Notes: generated from the letters alone by a model not told the origin. A stretch of DNA of 64,000 nt from a bacterium (GCA_021829835.1 JAKBPE010000003.1:3427-67426); one strand, 5' to 3'; numbered from the stretch's first letter, positions 30,459 to 41,704 are shown. Numbers and translations are program-made.

Positions 30459-31007
30459 ATGGATACATTAAAAACAAGCAGCGAGCTTTCTAAGCGGCTG
30501 CCTATGATTCACGAAGCTGGAAACTTGAAGTGGTTTGATTCGAGAGCCGATTACCATCATTCGAAAATAATACTTGAAAAATATTCGTTGCGATTTTTGC
30601 ATAGGGAGGATGTTGTTCGCGAGATAGTGCTTAATGAAAAATTAGCTGAAGCGTTCAGCGGTAAAGGTTTCTATATCGAAAGAAGAGAAAATGAGATCCT
30701 GAATACGGATAGGCCTATTGGATTTTTTATACCTGGGAAAAACAACAATCTTGAGTACATAGGGAATGAATACAATGAAGGAGTAGAGTCATGGAAGAGG
30801 GGTGTTTTTAATGGAAAGCCGGTAATATATCTCTATTCTGGTAGCAGTTTTGAGATATTTTTTGTTTATAAGTGCCCCGTGGATGGCAGAAGGTTCGTAC
30901 TTGATTCAAGCTACAACAGCGACAACATTGTGCCACTAGTTGTAGGAATGGAAAAAGAGTTGAGATCTGAGGGTATAAATAAATCTTCGGTTCCTCTTAG
31001 AATCTGA
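30459..31007 (+). CDS. Hypothetical protein
   Basis: 182-aa ORF; weak similarity by eye to 12366..13007. Confidence 0.65.
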   Translation: MDTLKTSSELSKRLPMIHEAGNLKWFDSRADYHHSKIILEKYSLRFLHREDVVREIVLNEKLAEAFSGKGFYIERRENEILNTDRPIGFFIPGKNNNLEYIGNEYNEGVESWKRGVFNGKPVIYLYSGSSFEIFFVYKCPVDGRRFVLDSSYNSDNIVPLVVGMEKELRSEGINKSSVPLRI

Positions 31008-31097
31008 TATTTTGGAACCGATATTTGGAAAATATTGCATCTTGTTATGTTTTGCATATATGGATTCTATTTTGAATCTGGCTTGCCTTTCTTCTCT

Positions 31098-32003
31098 TCA
31101 ATACATATTCTGAAGTCGTTTTATTCTCTCATCTATAGGAGGATGTGTTGAGAATATGTTTGATATGCTTGATTTTTTAAATGGATTTGAAAAGTACATT
31201 GGTGCTGTAACCTGACTTACATTGTGTACAGGTCCTTTCGTTGGACTTGGAGTGAAATTCTTTATTTTTGTAAGTGCTGATGCCAGTGACTGCGGGGAAC
31301 GCGTAAGCCTTGCTCCGTTCGCATCTGCCATATACTCTCTTCTTCTGGATATTGCAAGGCGTATCAACATGGCAAAAAATGGCGCTAAGAGCCCTACCAG
31401 AAGGCCTATTAGCAATAATATTCCTGCCGATTCCCCATTTCTCCTGCCTCCTGGGCCTCCAAAAAAGAAAGACATGCGCATTATTCCAGCTATAATCCCT
31501 ATTGCTCCTGCAAATACTATTGCGATCATCATGAATTGTATGTCGTTGTTTCCTATATGGGAGGCTTCATGCGCTATAACTGCCTCAAGCTCTGACCTAT
31601 TCATGATTGCAAGAAGACCGGTTGTTACCGCTATGGATGCATGTTTCTTGTTCCTTCCTGTGGCAAATGCGTTGGGATTCTGGTCATTTATTACATATAC
31701 CTTTGGCATCGGTATCTGCTGCGCTGCCGCGAGGCCTTCTACAGCACTGTATAGAGTAGGATATGCTGCTTTGTCTGCAGGCTTTGCTCCTGATGTCTTC
31801 AGTATGAATTTGTCGCCGGAATAATAAACGAAAAGACCATAGATCAGCAGAACAACTCCAGAGATAACCAATCCTAGCTCAATACTTAATCCGAAGTAGT
31901 ATGATACAAAAGTTATCACAATGCAGAAAAATGCGCCGAAGACTAAGAGCATGAGTATTGATTTTATTCTGTTGCGTGCTATTTCGTCAAAAAAACTTGC
32001 CAT
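31098..32003 (-). CDS. htpX: Zinc metalloprotease HtpX (M48)
   Basis: PNAFATG, AHEASH, SRRREYMAD, STHPP. Confidence 0.95.
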   Translation of the reverse strand: MASFFDEIARNRIKSILMLLVFGAFFCIVITFVSYYFGLSIELGLVISGVVLLIYGLFVYYSGDKFILKTSGAKPADKAAYPTLYSAVEGLAAAQQIPMPKVYVINDQNPNAFATGRNKKHASIAVTTGLLAIMNRSELEAVIAHEASHIGNNDIQFMMIAIVFAGAIGIIAGIMRMSFFFGGPGGRRNGESAGILLLIGLLVGLLAPFFAMLIRLAISRRREYMADANGARLTRSPQSLASALTKIKNFTPSPTKGPVHNVSQVTAPMYFSNPFKKSSISNIFSTHPPIDERIKRLQNMY

Positions 32004-32227
32004 TTTATTCACCTAACCTTTTCACCGGTAAAATATTTTTGTGTTACGCTACCACCGCTAAAAGCGTACAGGCTGGACATACAGTGAAATTGTATGTTTT
32101 TTGAAGCCTGTATTGTTCATGCAGGCATTTATGTTTGTATGCCTTTTTTGTATTGTGGTTTGCTTTCATCCTGCCCATAAATAGGCAGGTTTTCCCGTTC
32201 ACTTTATTAAAATGGAACATTGCCTCT

Positions 32228-32857
32228 TCATTTTTTTGCAGGCTTCGGTTGAACTGCAGGCTTGTCTTTTCCTGCGGTAGCATTGTTGACATCACTGAAA
32301 TCCACCTTGACATTTTCCTTCTGCTCTGCCGGAGTCTGGAAGAAGTCTGCCTTCTTGAAGCCGAACTTTGTAGCAAATACATTGCCTGGAAACTCCTGAA
32401 GCGCGTTGTTGTAGTCCAGAACGTAGTCGTTGTATGACGTCCTTACAAAAGCTATCTTGTCTTCAGTGTCCATGAGCTGCTGCTGCAGATTCATGAAGTT
32501 CTGGGATGCTTTCAGGTCAGGGTAATTCTCAGCTACTGCAAATATGCTCTTCAAAGCCTGGCTTAACTGGTTATTGGCATCTGCCTTTGCGGCTGCGGAG
32601 CCATTCATTATTGATGTCCTTAATTGGGTAACCTGGGTTAGAACGCTCTTCTCATATGTCATGTAGCCTTTTACCGCGTTGATAAGATTTGGTATCAAGT
32701 CATATCTACGCTTTAATTGTACATCTATCTGCGCCCATGCGTCCTGAACCCTGTTGCGTTTTGAGACGAATCCGTTAAACACGCTTATTACAAGAATTAT
32801 TATAGCGAGTATTACTACTGCCACAACACCTATTAAAGCATCAAAAAGAAATCCCAT
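32228..32857 (-). CDS. lemA: LemA family protein
   Basis: AWAQIDVQLKRRYDLIPNL, ENYPDLKAS; upstream of htpX as is typical. Confidence 0.95.
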   Translation of the reverse strand: MGFLFDALIGVVAVVILAIIILVISVFNGFVSKRNRVQDAWAQIDVQLKRRYDLIPNLINAVKGYMTYEKSVLTQVTQLRTSIMNGSAAAKADANNQLSQALKSIFAVAENYPDLKASQNFMNLQQQLMDTEDKIAFVRTSYNDYVLDYNNALQEFPGNVFATKFGFKKADFFQTPAEQKENVKVDFSDVNNATAGKDKPAVQPKPAKK

Positions 32858-32967
32858 AATAAAATCCCATAATATTTATAGTTTACAATAGAATATCGAA
32901 ATACTTAAATAAAAAGCTTCCTAAACGATTCGGCAGACTGGGCTTTGAGCTTGTTTGGATTCATACA

Positions 32968-34737
32968 TCATACCTTGGTTTTCTTCTGCTGGCTGAACAT
33001 CTCTATTATCTCCTCTGTTGTTGTGGTCTCCTCTGGCCCTTTGTCTTTTCTTATGCCGTCACTTATAAGTCTCGGAAATCTTAAGGCATATCCTGATTCT
33101 CCAGTTTTTGCAGAACTAGCCATGCCGCAGGTATGCATTGGTGACCTTGTTATCTCGTCGGCATTTACCGTTATTACATACTTTGGTTCTACCCAGAAGT
33201 CAGGTTCAAGAAGGGAATCTACCCGCGCAGGCTTCTTTTTTAAATGGATCTTCTCCAAAACAGATTTGAACATCTTCATCTGTTCTTCGGTGAAACCTGT
33301 TCCTATTTTGGTTATTGTTTCGAACATGTCTCTTTTTTGGTTGTATACCGCGGCAAGCAGTCCGCCGAATCCTAATTCTGCCCTCTGCCCTTTTCCGAAG
33401 TAGTAACCTATTATAACCAAGTCTATGGAATCGGAAAGTTCACTCTTGTAACTGCGTTTCATCTTTATCCAGTTGAATTTTCTTGCGCCTGCTATGTATG
33501 GAGCTCTGGGATCTTTTGCAACTATGCCTTCAAGTCCACGCTCTATTGCAGATGCAAAATACCGTTCAAGCTCTTTTGGAGAGTCTGTGGTGATCATTTC
33601 AGATATTTTTATTACGCTGCCTTTTCCGACCACATCGGAGAGTTTCTTCCTTCTTTCACTGTAAGGATGGTTAAGATAACTTTCACCATCGCAATAGAGC
33701 AGGTCAAATGCGAAGAGAACCACCGGAAGCCTCTTGCTTGCTTCTTCGATTCCGTGCTTTCTTTTTCTCTGCACAGTTTCCTGGAACGGATAGAATGTCC
33801 CTGAAACTTCATCGTATGCGATGGCTTCGCCTTCAAGGATACAGTTATCGCAGTTTGTATCTTCGAGAAGAGCCTTTGCGATATCCGGGAACATTTCAGT
33901 TATGACTTCCAGATTTCTTGAAAAAAGCCTTACCTTCTTGTTTTCCTTATCAAGATGTGCCTGCACTCGCATGCCATCGTATTTGCTCTCTACAGAACAG
34001 ACGCCTCCTGTACGCTCCAGGATTTCTTCAGCAGTAGGAAGGCGCTCTGCAAGGGCGGGCCTGATAGGACTGAAGAGGATTACGCCTAGATGTTCTATTC
34101 CTGGAACGCCTTTAGTTGCAAGTACATATGCCACATTTCCAAGGTCACTACATATATTATATGCATTCTCAAGCTTGGGCTTTAACTTCCTGTCTCCTGT
34201 GGCATTTTTTGATAGTGCCTCTAGGATTGTAGCATCTCCGACCCCGAGCCTTAACTGGCCTAATACAAGACGCATTATATACCTTGCGCCAATAGGGTTT
34301 GATGATGATATAAGAGAAGAAAGAAGTTTTATCTTCGCATCCTGACTCCCGTGTCCGCTGGTAGCTGATATCTTGATAAGCTTCTCGTGTATATCATTTA
34401 CAGTGTGTGAAGTGTGTTCTATTCTTTTTAATTTTGTATTTTTGCGAAACTCTTCTGCAACTAAACCCATGTCCCCGCTTTTGTGGTAAAAATTGATTAT
34501 CTCCGAATGATTATGGCCTGTAGACATTTCTACTGATAATTGTGCATATTTTTCAGCTATTCCGGTTTCTATCGAGTTGAAAGGCGGCCCTAGAAGACCT
34601 TGGGTCATGTATACTAGTACCTTAATCTCTTCCTTTGAAGCTTTTCCAAAAAGTTCTGCAAGTACATCTATCATCTCTAATCTTGAGGAGATAGATTCAA
34701 GTTTTTCATAATATAAGGCAACTTCATCGAAGAGCAA
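32968..34737 (-). CDS. lig: ATP-dependent DNA ligase
   Basis: KYDG, LEGE, FDLLY, EGIVAK, WIKMK, LRFPR. Confidence 0.97.
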   Translation of the reverse strand: MLFDEVALYYEKLESISSRLEMIDVLAELFGKASKEEIKVLVYMTQGLLGPPFNSIETGIAEKYAQLSVEMSTGHNHSEIINFYHKSGDMGLVAEEFRKNTKLKRIEHTSHTVNDIHEKLIKISATSGHGSQDAKIKLLSSLISSSNPIGARYIMRLVLGQLRLGVGDATILEALSKNATGDRKLKPKLENAYNICSDLGNVAYVLATKGVPGIEHLGVILFSPIRPALAERLPTAEEILERTGGVCSVESKYDGMRVQAHLDKENKKVRLFSRNLEVITEMFPDIAKALLEDTNCDNCILEGEAIAYDEVSGTFYPFQETVQRKRKHGIEEASKRLPVVLFAFDLLYCDGESYLNHPYSERRKKLSDVVGKGSVIKISEMITTDSPKELERYFASAIERGLEGIVAKDPRAPYIAGARKFNWIKMKRSYKSELSDSIDLVIIGYYFGKGQRAELGFGGLLAAVYNQKRDMFETITKIGTGFTEEQMKMFKSVLEKIHLKKKPARVDSLLEPDFWVEPKYVITVNADEITRSPMHTCGMASSAKTGESGYALRFPRLISDGIRKDKGPEETTTTEEIIEMFSQQKKTKV

Positions 34738-35118
34738 AATTACCTACCTGTTTTTTGAAGAAGGAACTGACATTTCCTGAAGAGCTGGTCCGTATCAATA
34801 TGGCATCAGTTAATTGATACACGTATCTGAAACGGGGATAGAAGCTGGAATCTGACATTTCCCTAAATCCCATTTTACCAGTATAATATTACTCCGTTCA
34901 TGTTTATATGCTTTCTTAGCTTTACCTGAATTTGACTTTTGTGGACCTTTATTGCAGTAGCTCTGTCTTGCGTTTTATGAAAAATACAGGCAGAAATGTA
35001 AAGATGGAGCCCATTTCACATAAAAATATGAAACGGGATGTTTCCCTTTTGGTTTTAAGCTTTCCTAAAGCTATTTAATTTATTAAGTTGTCTATTTACA
35101 ATTAGGTCAGGTTGCCGC

Positions 35119-36315
35119 ATGGTAGATGGAACAGGAATCTTTACAAATATAGACGCCTTTGTAAAATACCTTAATGAACACGGTGAAACGGATAGCACAG
35201 TACTTGCCCAGGCGATGGGAGTAGGAGAAAGGAACATTGAGGAATGGGCAAAGATACTTGAAAGTTCGAAGATGGCCAAGATAACTTATAAATTAGGCAG
35301 AATGTTTATAGCCCCAGTCAATAGTAATTCGGTCGGAGGAGCAGAAGAAAAACAGACAGAAGAAGTAAAGAAGGCAGTAGTTGGCAGTGAAATAGATGCG
35401 CAGTTGAGGGATACTGAAAGAATACTTCGCAGGATAGATGAGTTTAAGAAAAACATATCTGCCAGCGAAAGTGTGATAGATGAGAATTCTGCAACTATAA
35501 AAAAGACGCTAGATAAGATAGAGGGCTTTAGAAATGAAGCTTTAAAAAGCTACGGAGAGATAAAAAGCAAGAAAGAAGAGGTAGAAAAGTTTTCTGAGGA
35601 GATAGGCAACATGCTGGATTCTCTTTCTGGTACTACAGAACTTACAAAGATAGAGACAACAAGAAAGAATGCAGAAGCACTTGGGGAGGATATACGGAAG
35701 AGGATAGAGACATACCAGAAAAGCATCATAGATATGGCAAAAACTTATGATCAGAATGTAAAGGAGCAGCACAAGAATCTCCTGGAATTTATAAAAAATG
35801 CAAAACAGGAGATAGGCCTTCTTAAAGATATGCTGAATGAAGAGAATAATGGATTGAAAAGATTTGATTCTACATATAAGAGATATAAACAGGAAGCGGA
35901 AAAGGCGAAGAAAACAGTTGAGAGTGATAGGAGAGAACTTATTGACAAGACATCTAAGTCTAAATCGGATCTTGATAATATATTCAACGAGACAGAGCAG
36001 GAATGGAAGAATATGGATCAGATACTTTCAAAAGCAAATTCTGGGATATCGGGATTCGTTGAAATGCAGAATAAGATAGGAGATATAAGGAAAGAAATAG
36101 ACGAGGCTGAGAAAAATACAAATGAGATAAGAGCCCAGATAGAAAGCTTGTCGCAGCGCATTAAGATAGTGGGAAATACAAACAATCCTGAAACGAAGAG
36201 CAAAATAGAGAAGGTAGATTCGGAAGCCATAGCTACCTCAAAGAAGATAAAAACTCAGGAAGATAAACTTGTTGGAATAAAGAAAGATATTGATGAACTT
36301 GGAGGTAAGGGATGA
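35119..36315 (+). CDS. Long coiled-coil protein with N-terminal winged-helix-like domain
   Basis: TNIDAFVKYL..LAQAMGV..IEEWAKILE, then about 320 aa of heptad-rich sequence; ATGA overlap with the ATPase. Confidence 0.7.
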   Translation: MVDGTGIFTNIDAFVKYLNEHGETDSTVLAQAMGVGERNIEEWAKILESSKMAKITYKLGRMFIAPVNSNSVGGAEEKQTEEVKKAVVGSEIDAQLRDTERILRRIDEFKKNISASESVIDENSATIKKTLDKIEGFRNEALKSYGEIKSKKEEVEKFSEEIGNMLDSLSGTTELTKIETTRKNAEALGEDIRKRIETYQKSIIDMAKTYDQNVKEQHKNLLEFIKNAKQEIGLLKDMLNEENNGLKRFDSTYKRYKQEAEKAKKTVESDRRELIDKTSKSKSDLDNIFNETEQEWKNMDQILSKANSGISGFVEMQNKIGDIRKEIDEAEKNTNEIRAQIESLSQRIKIVGNTNNPETKSKIEKVDSEAIATSKKIKTQEDKLVGIKKDIDELGGKG

Positions 36316-37829
36316 CCGTGGAAGAGCAAAACATTGTAAAAAAGAAGTATGACTCGTATAATCTCAATGCGCAGGGGCTCAAAGTTACGGTAGACATAGA
36401 AGACAGAGGAGATTTTGTACCCATATATTCGGTAAATTTTCCTGAGCTTGGAGAAGCAACTAGAACCTTGCTTATGTCACTCAGACAGGAGCTGCTCAAC
36501 ATAGTACCTATAGACACTAGAAGAGTTGAAGATGAACAGTACCTTAAGGAACTTTCGATCAAATACAACGAAGCCGCAAATCTTATGATAGATAGATATC
36601 TGCCGGGTACTCCTGCAGAATCAAAAACAATACTTATAGCATATGTAATAAATACGATGTTGGGGCTTGGAGATCTGGAACCCCTTCTTGCAGACAATAA
36701 ACTTGAGGAAATAGCAGTCAACGATGCAAAAAGCCCGATATGGGTATTTCATAGCAAATATCAGTGGTGCAAGACTAACATAACTATGCGAAGCGATGCT
36801 GCAATATATGATACAGTAGAACAGATAGGGAGAAGAGTCGGCAGAAGCATAACAAATCTTGCTCCTTTGATGGACGCAGAACTTCCTGACGGCTCCAGAA
36901 TAAATGCTACATTGTTCCCCATATCGCAGAAGGGAAATACAATTACAATAAGAAAGTTTGCGGAGAACCCTTGGACAATGACCGCTCTCGTTGCAAACGG
37001 GACAATCTCTTCTGAACTGGCAGCCATGATCTGGCTATGCATACAGAATGAGATAAGCATACTTATATCGGGGGGTACCGCAAGCGGAAAGACCAGTTTT
37101 CTTAACGCTATGAGCATATTTATGCCTGCGAACCACAGAATAATATCAGTAGAGGAGACTAAGGAACTTAGGCTCCCTAGGTTTTTACATTGGCTCCCGA
37201 TGCTTACAAGGCAGGCGAACCCAGAGGGAAAGGGAGAGATACTGCTTTATGACCTGATGATAAACGCATTAAGACAGCGTCCTGATATAATGTTAGTAGG
37301 AGAAATCAGAGTTAAGAAAGACGCAGAAACACTCTTTGAAGCTATACATACCGGGCATGCAGTATATGGAACTGTCCACGCTGACAATGCTGAGGATACA
37401 GTGATAAGGATGACGAATCCGCCGATAGATATACCTAAGATAATGCTTAACTCACTTGGAGCAATAGTTTCACTCTTCAGGCATAGACGTCTTGGTATAC
37501 GTAGGGTTCTTGAGTTTGGGGAGATGCTGCAGGTTGGAGATGTTACAGTTACAGACAGATGGGATATACGTTCTGACACATTTACTCAAATAAATGCGCT
37601 TTCTAGACTCGTTGAGACCATCTCTCTTTATGGTGGATATACGAGAAATGAGATAAAAGGCGATATTGCAGATAAGGTAAAGGTACTTCAGTGGATGGTT
37701 AAAAACAAGCTGCTTGATGTTGAGGTTTCTGGTGCCGTAGTTGCAAACTACTACAAAGACCAGAACAGGGTTATCAAAATGGCAGAGGATGATGTTCCAT
37801 TCTCAAATGATCTGATAAAGGGACTTTGA
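36312..37829 (+). CDS. TadA/CpaF/VirB11-family pilus assembly ATPase
   Basis: GGTASGKT, ALRQRPD..VGEIR, TGHAVYGTVHA. Confidence 0.95.
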   Translation: MTVEEQNIVKKKYDSYNLNAQGLKVTVDIEDRGDFVPIYSVNFPELGEATRTLLMSLRQELLNIVPIDTRRVEDEQYLKELSIKYNEAANLMIDRYLPGTPAESKTILIAYVINTMLGLGDLEPLLADNKLEEIAVNDAKSPIWVFHSKYQWCKTNITMRSDAAIYDTVEQIGRRVGRSITNLAPLMDAELPDGSRINATLFPISQKGNTITIRKFAENPWTMTALVANGTISSELAAMIWLCIQNEISILISGGTASGKTSFLNAMSIFMPANHRIISVEETKELRLPRFLHWLPMLTRQANPEGKGEILLYDLMINALRQRPDIMLVGEIRVKKDAETLFEAIHTGHAVYGTVHADNAEDTVIRMTNPPIDIPKIMLNSLGAIVSLFRHRRLGIRRVLEFGEMLQVGDVTVTDRWDIRSDTFTQINALSRLVETISLYGGYTRNEIKGDIADKVKVLQWMVKNKLLDVEVSGAVVANYYKDQNRVIKMAEDDVPFSNDLIKGL

Positions 37830-38653
37830 TGTCAGAAGAGTATGATAGAGTTATAGGAAAGCTTACAGGAATGGAAAAAAAGACTACGGAAGAATCTCCA
37901 GTGGAACTGGATCTCAAGATTGCTATTTCAGATGAAGAAAATTTCTTTCATGAAGATGAATATAATAAAGCAGTGGAGAAGGTAAATAGGATAGTAGCCA
38001 AGATAACTGCCTTGGAGAAAGAGCAGAAAGGAAAATCTGCATTTTTCCTGCACGAAAAGGATGATAGTGATAAGGTTGCAGCTGTAAAAAACTTTAAGGC
38101 TCTTGCAAATAATACTTATGGTAATATATTTAAAAGGAATAAAGGCAGAGAAGCAACTGAAATAAAAGGCCAGTCTGCCGGTAATGTTTCAGGAAAGACA
38201 GACATGCCTGAAAAGACCAAAGCGGCGGATTCGATGTCAGGAATGGGGCTTGCAAAAATTCCTGAAAATATTCAGAAAGATATTTTAAAGGCAGTGGATA
38301 GTGCGAGTGAAAAGGCAAGGTTAGGCAGTAAAATGATTGATTCTGTAATCAAGCAGGATAGGCGGAAAAAACCCCTTAGCGGAAGACCTGAAGACCTTTC
38401 GCCTCTAGATCAGATAAATCTTCTTAATAAGATAATAGACAGCATAGGCAAAGGAGAGGTAAACCAGGATAAATTACAGGATTATATAGATACGGTAAGA
38501 AGGATAAAGAAAAACGCGGAAGATGGAAATACAGTTGCTCTGGGAGGTGCGGATTCATACATATATAAAATGAGGGAGGAGAGAATAGATTATGCCTGGA
38601 AAATTTTGGATTCTTACTCTTCAAAAAAAGGAAATTCGGGACAGGGACAGTAA
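37829..38653 (+). CDS. Hypothetical charged protein in Tad operon 2
   Basis: TGATG overlap with the ATPase stop; hydrophilic, predicted helical. Confidence 0.65.
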   Translation: MSEEYDRVIGKLTGMEKKTTEESPVELDLKIAISDEENFFHEDEYNKAVEKVNRIVAKITALEKEQKGKSAFFLHEKDDSDKVAAVKNFKALANNTYGNIFKRNKGREATEIKGQSAGNVSGKTDMPEKTKAADSMSGMGLAKIPENIQKDILKAVDSASEKARLGSKMIDSVIKQDRRKKPLSGRPEDLSPLDQINLLNKIIDSIGKGEVNQDKLQDYIDTVRRIKKNAEDGNTVALGGADSYIYKMREERIDYAWKILDSYSSKKGNSGQGQ

Positions 38654-38691
38654 TTTAATAATGGTAGTATTACTAAAAGATAGTAGATTGG

Positions 38692-40026
38692 ATGGAAGAA
38701 AACATCGTAAGTATTGGAAGTAATCCCAACACTGACGTTGGAAGTAGTACTGCTCCAGAACAGCCCAGATTTACTAAAAGAAAGCAGTTTCTTTTCTTCA
38801 AGATAAAATCAAAACCCATAAACCAATCTCAGAGTCAGACGAATGCAGATCAACAGGCTAGGAAAAGAAACGGTGGAATTAAAAACCCTGAGCCTATTGG
38901 ATGGCTAATATCAATTATAGTAGCCGCCGCAGTTATAATTTTCTCCAAATATTATGGATTCAGTAAGATTATAGCAATTATATTCGGGATTCTTTCTTAT
39001 ATCGTTATATTCGGGATTTTTGCAGTTAGACAGTCTAGAAAGGTAAAAAGGTATGTGCAAAGAGAAAAAATCATATCTTCAATAACCGGCGAACAGACTT
39101 ACCAAAATCCGGTTTCTTCAAGAATAAATGTGCAACCAAGCCATGTCCAGAAGAAACAGCATGTTGGCTCTCAGAAGGAAGAAGGTGTACCTTCGGGACC
39201 TTTGGGGAAATATATAGATTCAACAGTTAAAAAGAGAAAGACACTTGAGATGGATCTCAGGGCAGCAAACATAAAGAAGAGTCCTTACGAGTTCGTTAAA
39301 TCCATGATGCTTTATGCCATTATTGTGGCAGTTACAATCACGATTGTTATGATGGTTGTTCTGGAACATTTTGGAGCGCCTTTGGCCCTAATGATCCTCG
39401 GTCCAGTGATAGGTTTCGGAGTGTACATGGCAATGTTCAACAGGTTTATGATGTACCCGAAACAGAGGAATAAGGTAATAGGCAGAAATGTTGAAAGAGA
39501 CATACTTTTTGCGGCTAGAGACATAGTTATAGGAATGAGATCTGGAATGCCACTCTATAACGCAATAGCTGCAGTAAGTGCAGGATATGGAGATGCAAGC
39601 AGGGAATTCGGGAAAATAGTGGAACTTACACAATTAGGCATGCCCATAGAGCAGGCGATGGATCAGATAAGTGAAAAGAGCCAGTCTAAGACATTTAAGA
39701 GACTTATGTTGCAGGCAACAGTAAGCATAAAGGCAGGAGTTGACGTGACAAGCGCATTGCAGGATGTAGTAGATGATGTCACGCAGGAAAGAGTTATAGA
39801 CCTGAGAAGATATGGACAGAAGCTCAACGCCCTGGCTATGTTTTACATGCTTTTCGGAGTAATATTCCCAAGCATGGGAATTGCGGTTGCTACCATAATG
39901 TCTACATTTATCAGCATATTTCCAATAACATACATAGTACTTATAGTTGCATTGATATTCATTGCGTTCGTACAAATAATGCTGTTAAACATAATGAAGA
40001 ATTCGAGGCCGGTATTCTCAATGTAG
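38692..40026 (+). CDS. TadB/T2SS-F platform protein with extra N-terminal region
   Basis: RSGMPLYNA, YG.ASREF, LGMPIEQA, YGQKLN.LAMFYM..GVIFPSMG. Confidence 0.88.
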   Translation: MEENIVSIGSNPNTDVGSSTAPEQPRFTKRKQFLFFKIKSKPINQSQSQTNADQQARKRNGGIKNPEPIGWLISIIVAAAVIIFSKYYGFSKIIAIIFGILSYIVIFGIFAVRQSRKVKRYVQREKIISSITGEQTYQNPVSSRINVQPSHVQKKQHVGSQKEEGVPSGPLGKYIDSTVKKRKTLEMDLRAANIKKSPYEFVKSMMLYAIIVAVTITIVMMVVLEHFGAPLALMILGPVIGFGVYMAMFNRFMMYPKQRNKVIGRNVERDILFAARDIVIGMRSGMPLYNAIAAVSAGYGDASREFGKIVELTQLGMPIEQAMDQISEKSQSKTFKRLMLQATVSIKAGVDVTSALQDVVDDVTQERVIDLRRYGQKLNALAMFYMLFGVIFPSMGIAVATIMSTFISIFPITYIVLIVALIFIAFVQIMLLNIMKNSRPVFSM

Positions 40027-40033
40027 GGATTTT

Positions 40034-41026
40034 ATGGTAAATTTTGAGAGGCTTGTATCAAGAAATGTTGCAAAGTATCTTTCTGATGAGCTTGACCTTT
40101 CAGGATTAAAAATAAGCGTGAACAAGCTCATAGAGATGGCAATATTGGGGGCAGTGGCCATGCTTTTAGTAGGTACACTTGCGCCTTTCTTGATACTTAA
40201 ATACAGTATAATCCTATCAGTGCTTATAGGTATTGGAGCCGGTGCACTGGTTGTTGTCTCAATATACGCGTATCTTGAATTTGTGATAGACAAAAGAAAA
40301 ACATTCGTAGAGGGTATTCTCCCAGATTACATACAGCTTACAGCTGCGAACCTGAGGAGTGGAATTTCACTCGACAATGCCATGGTTTCTGCTGCCAGGC
40401 CCGAGTTTAAATTCTTCTCTGATGACATAAAAAACATGGATAAGCAGATATATTCAGGAGAAACAATGCAGAATGCTTTGATAATGCTTGGAAAGAGATA
40501 CAGGTCAAGGCAGCTGCAGCACATGATGCGCATGATAAATGAATCTATAAGATATGGAGGGAGCATGAACGACCTCCTCAAGCAGATGGCAAAAGACCTT
40601 AGAAATCAGGCAATAATACAGAAGGAGATATCCGGACAGCTCTTCCTTTATACCATATTTATTACGTTTGCAGTATTGATAGGCGCTCCTGCACTTTATG
40701 CCCTTACAAATAAGATGATTGCAGTTACGGATGGAGTCTGGGCGGGAATACTGCAAAGCAATCCCAATGGTCTTCCTTCTACAGGAATATCATTCATAAG
40801 ACCGAGCCCGCCTAAGATCACAGTCAGCCAGTATTACAACTTTTCAATAGTTGCAGTGGTAATGATATCTTCTTTAGGAGCTTTAATAGTCTCGGTAATA
40901 TCGAACGGTTCAGTACTTAGAGGCATTAAATACCTGCCGGTTTTTCTTATAGTAGGCATTGCAGTCTTCTATGTTGTTTCAATAATAATAGCTACCATGT
41001 TTGCAGCTACAGGAACAGGTGTCTGA
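40034..41026 (+). CDS. TadC/T2SS-F platform protein
   Basis: LPDYIQL.AANLRSG, ARPEF, YGG...LL. Confidence 0.9.
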   Translation: MVNFERLVSRNVAKYLSDELDLSGLKISVNKLIEMAILGAVAMLLVGTLAPFLILKYSIILSVLIGIGAGALVVVSIYAYLEFVIDKRKTFVEGILPDYIQLTAANLRSGISLDNAMVSAARPEFKFFSDDIKNMDKQIYSGETMQNALIMLGKRYRSRQLQHMMRMINESIRYGGSMNDLLKQMAKDLRNQAIIQKEISGQLFLYTIFITFAVLIGAPALYALTNKMIAVTDGVWAGILQSNPNGLPSTGISFIRPSPPKITVSQYYNFSIVAVVMISSLGALIVSVISNGSVLRGIKYLPVFLIVGIAVFYVVSIIIATMFAATGTGV

Positions 41027-41058
41027 AACTTTGACATTTGGATTGGAAGGAGATCGAT

Positions 41059-41589
41059 TTACTCTATGCCTAGAGTACTGTTTGACCATATTTCTAGTTG
41101 GACGGTAACAGGCCTTCCGTTTAGTACTGCCGGGAATTTTTCCACTTGTACTGAAGTTATGTTCTCCGTTGAAGGATTCATGCCAGCTTCGTAGTTGATG
41201 CCTTCTCCGGTTATTGTTATGTAGTAGTCATAGGCCAGACCAAGCGGAGGCTTTGTCTCCTGATAGTCATATTCGGAAAGAATCCTTAGCGCAGTCATTT
41301 TGTTATATGAGAGGCCATCGGCAGTCCCATTTCCTAAGCCTATGCTTATGTTTGCCCATTCCAGAGTATTTGTGACACTTGATGTGTACTCCCAGTTTGG
41401 AGGGTAGCCTGTTGACATTAATTGTGCCCCGGTCTCTACAAGCTGTGATTGCATATGCTGTATGTTTGAACTGTATGCCAATGAGAACTCGTTGTTTATA
41501 TTTATCCATATGTAGGTCATAATGACCATTGCTAGGACAAATATTATTATAGCGAATACAAGATCAAATGACCAGAATTGAGCCTTCAT
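41059..41589 (-). CDS. Pilin-like protein (class III signal peptide-like)
   Basis: MKA|QFWSFD plus TM; G.P.NW motif common in archaeal minor pilins. Confidence 0.75.
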   Translation of the reverse strand: MKAQFWSFDLVFAIIIFVLAMVIMTYIWININNEFSLAYSSNIQHMQSQLVETGAQLMSTGYPPNWEYTSSVTNTLEWANISIGLGNGTADGLSYNKMTALRILSEYDYQETKPPLGLAYDYYITITGEGINYEAGMNPSTENITSVQVEKFPAVLNGRPVTVQLEIWSNSTLGIE

Positions 41590-41704
41590 CAAATGCACAT
41601 AGGGATTAGATAAATAGAAGTTTATATAGATTTATATTAGCACCAGGATTTTGTGGCATGGTTGGCTTCCCATTTCCGTGTTCAGTGAACAGAATATTGA
41701 CATG

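Noticed and set aside
32044-32218. 57-aa Cys-containing ORF between lemA and htpX
   Set aside because: No recognisable motif and atypical composition; cannot be supported, though a weak GAGG SD exists
34740-34880. CTGACATTTCC direct repeat, GTATCAAT/ATTGATAC inverted repeat and a ~49-aa ORF upstream of the ligase
   Set aside because: Short elements compatible with chance; no known RNA or MITE structure recognised
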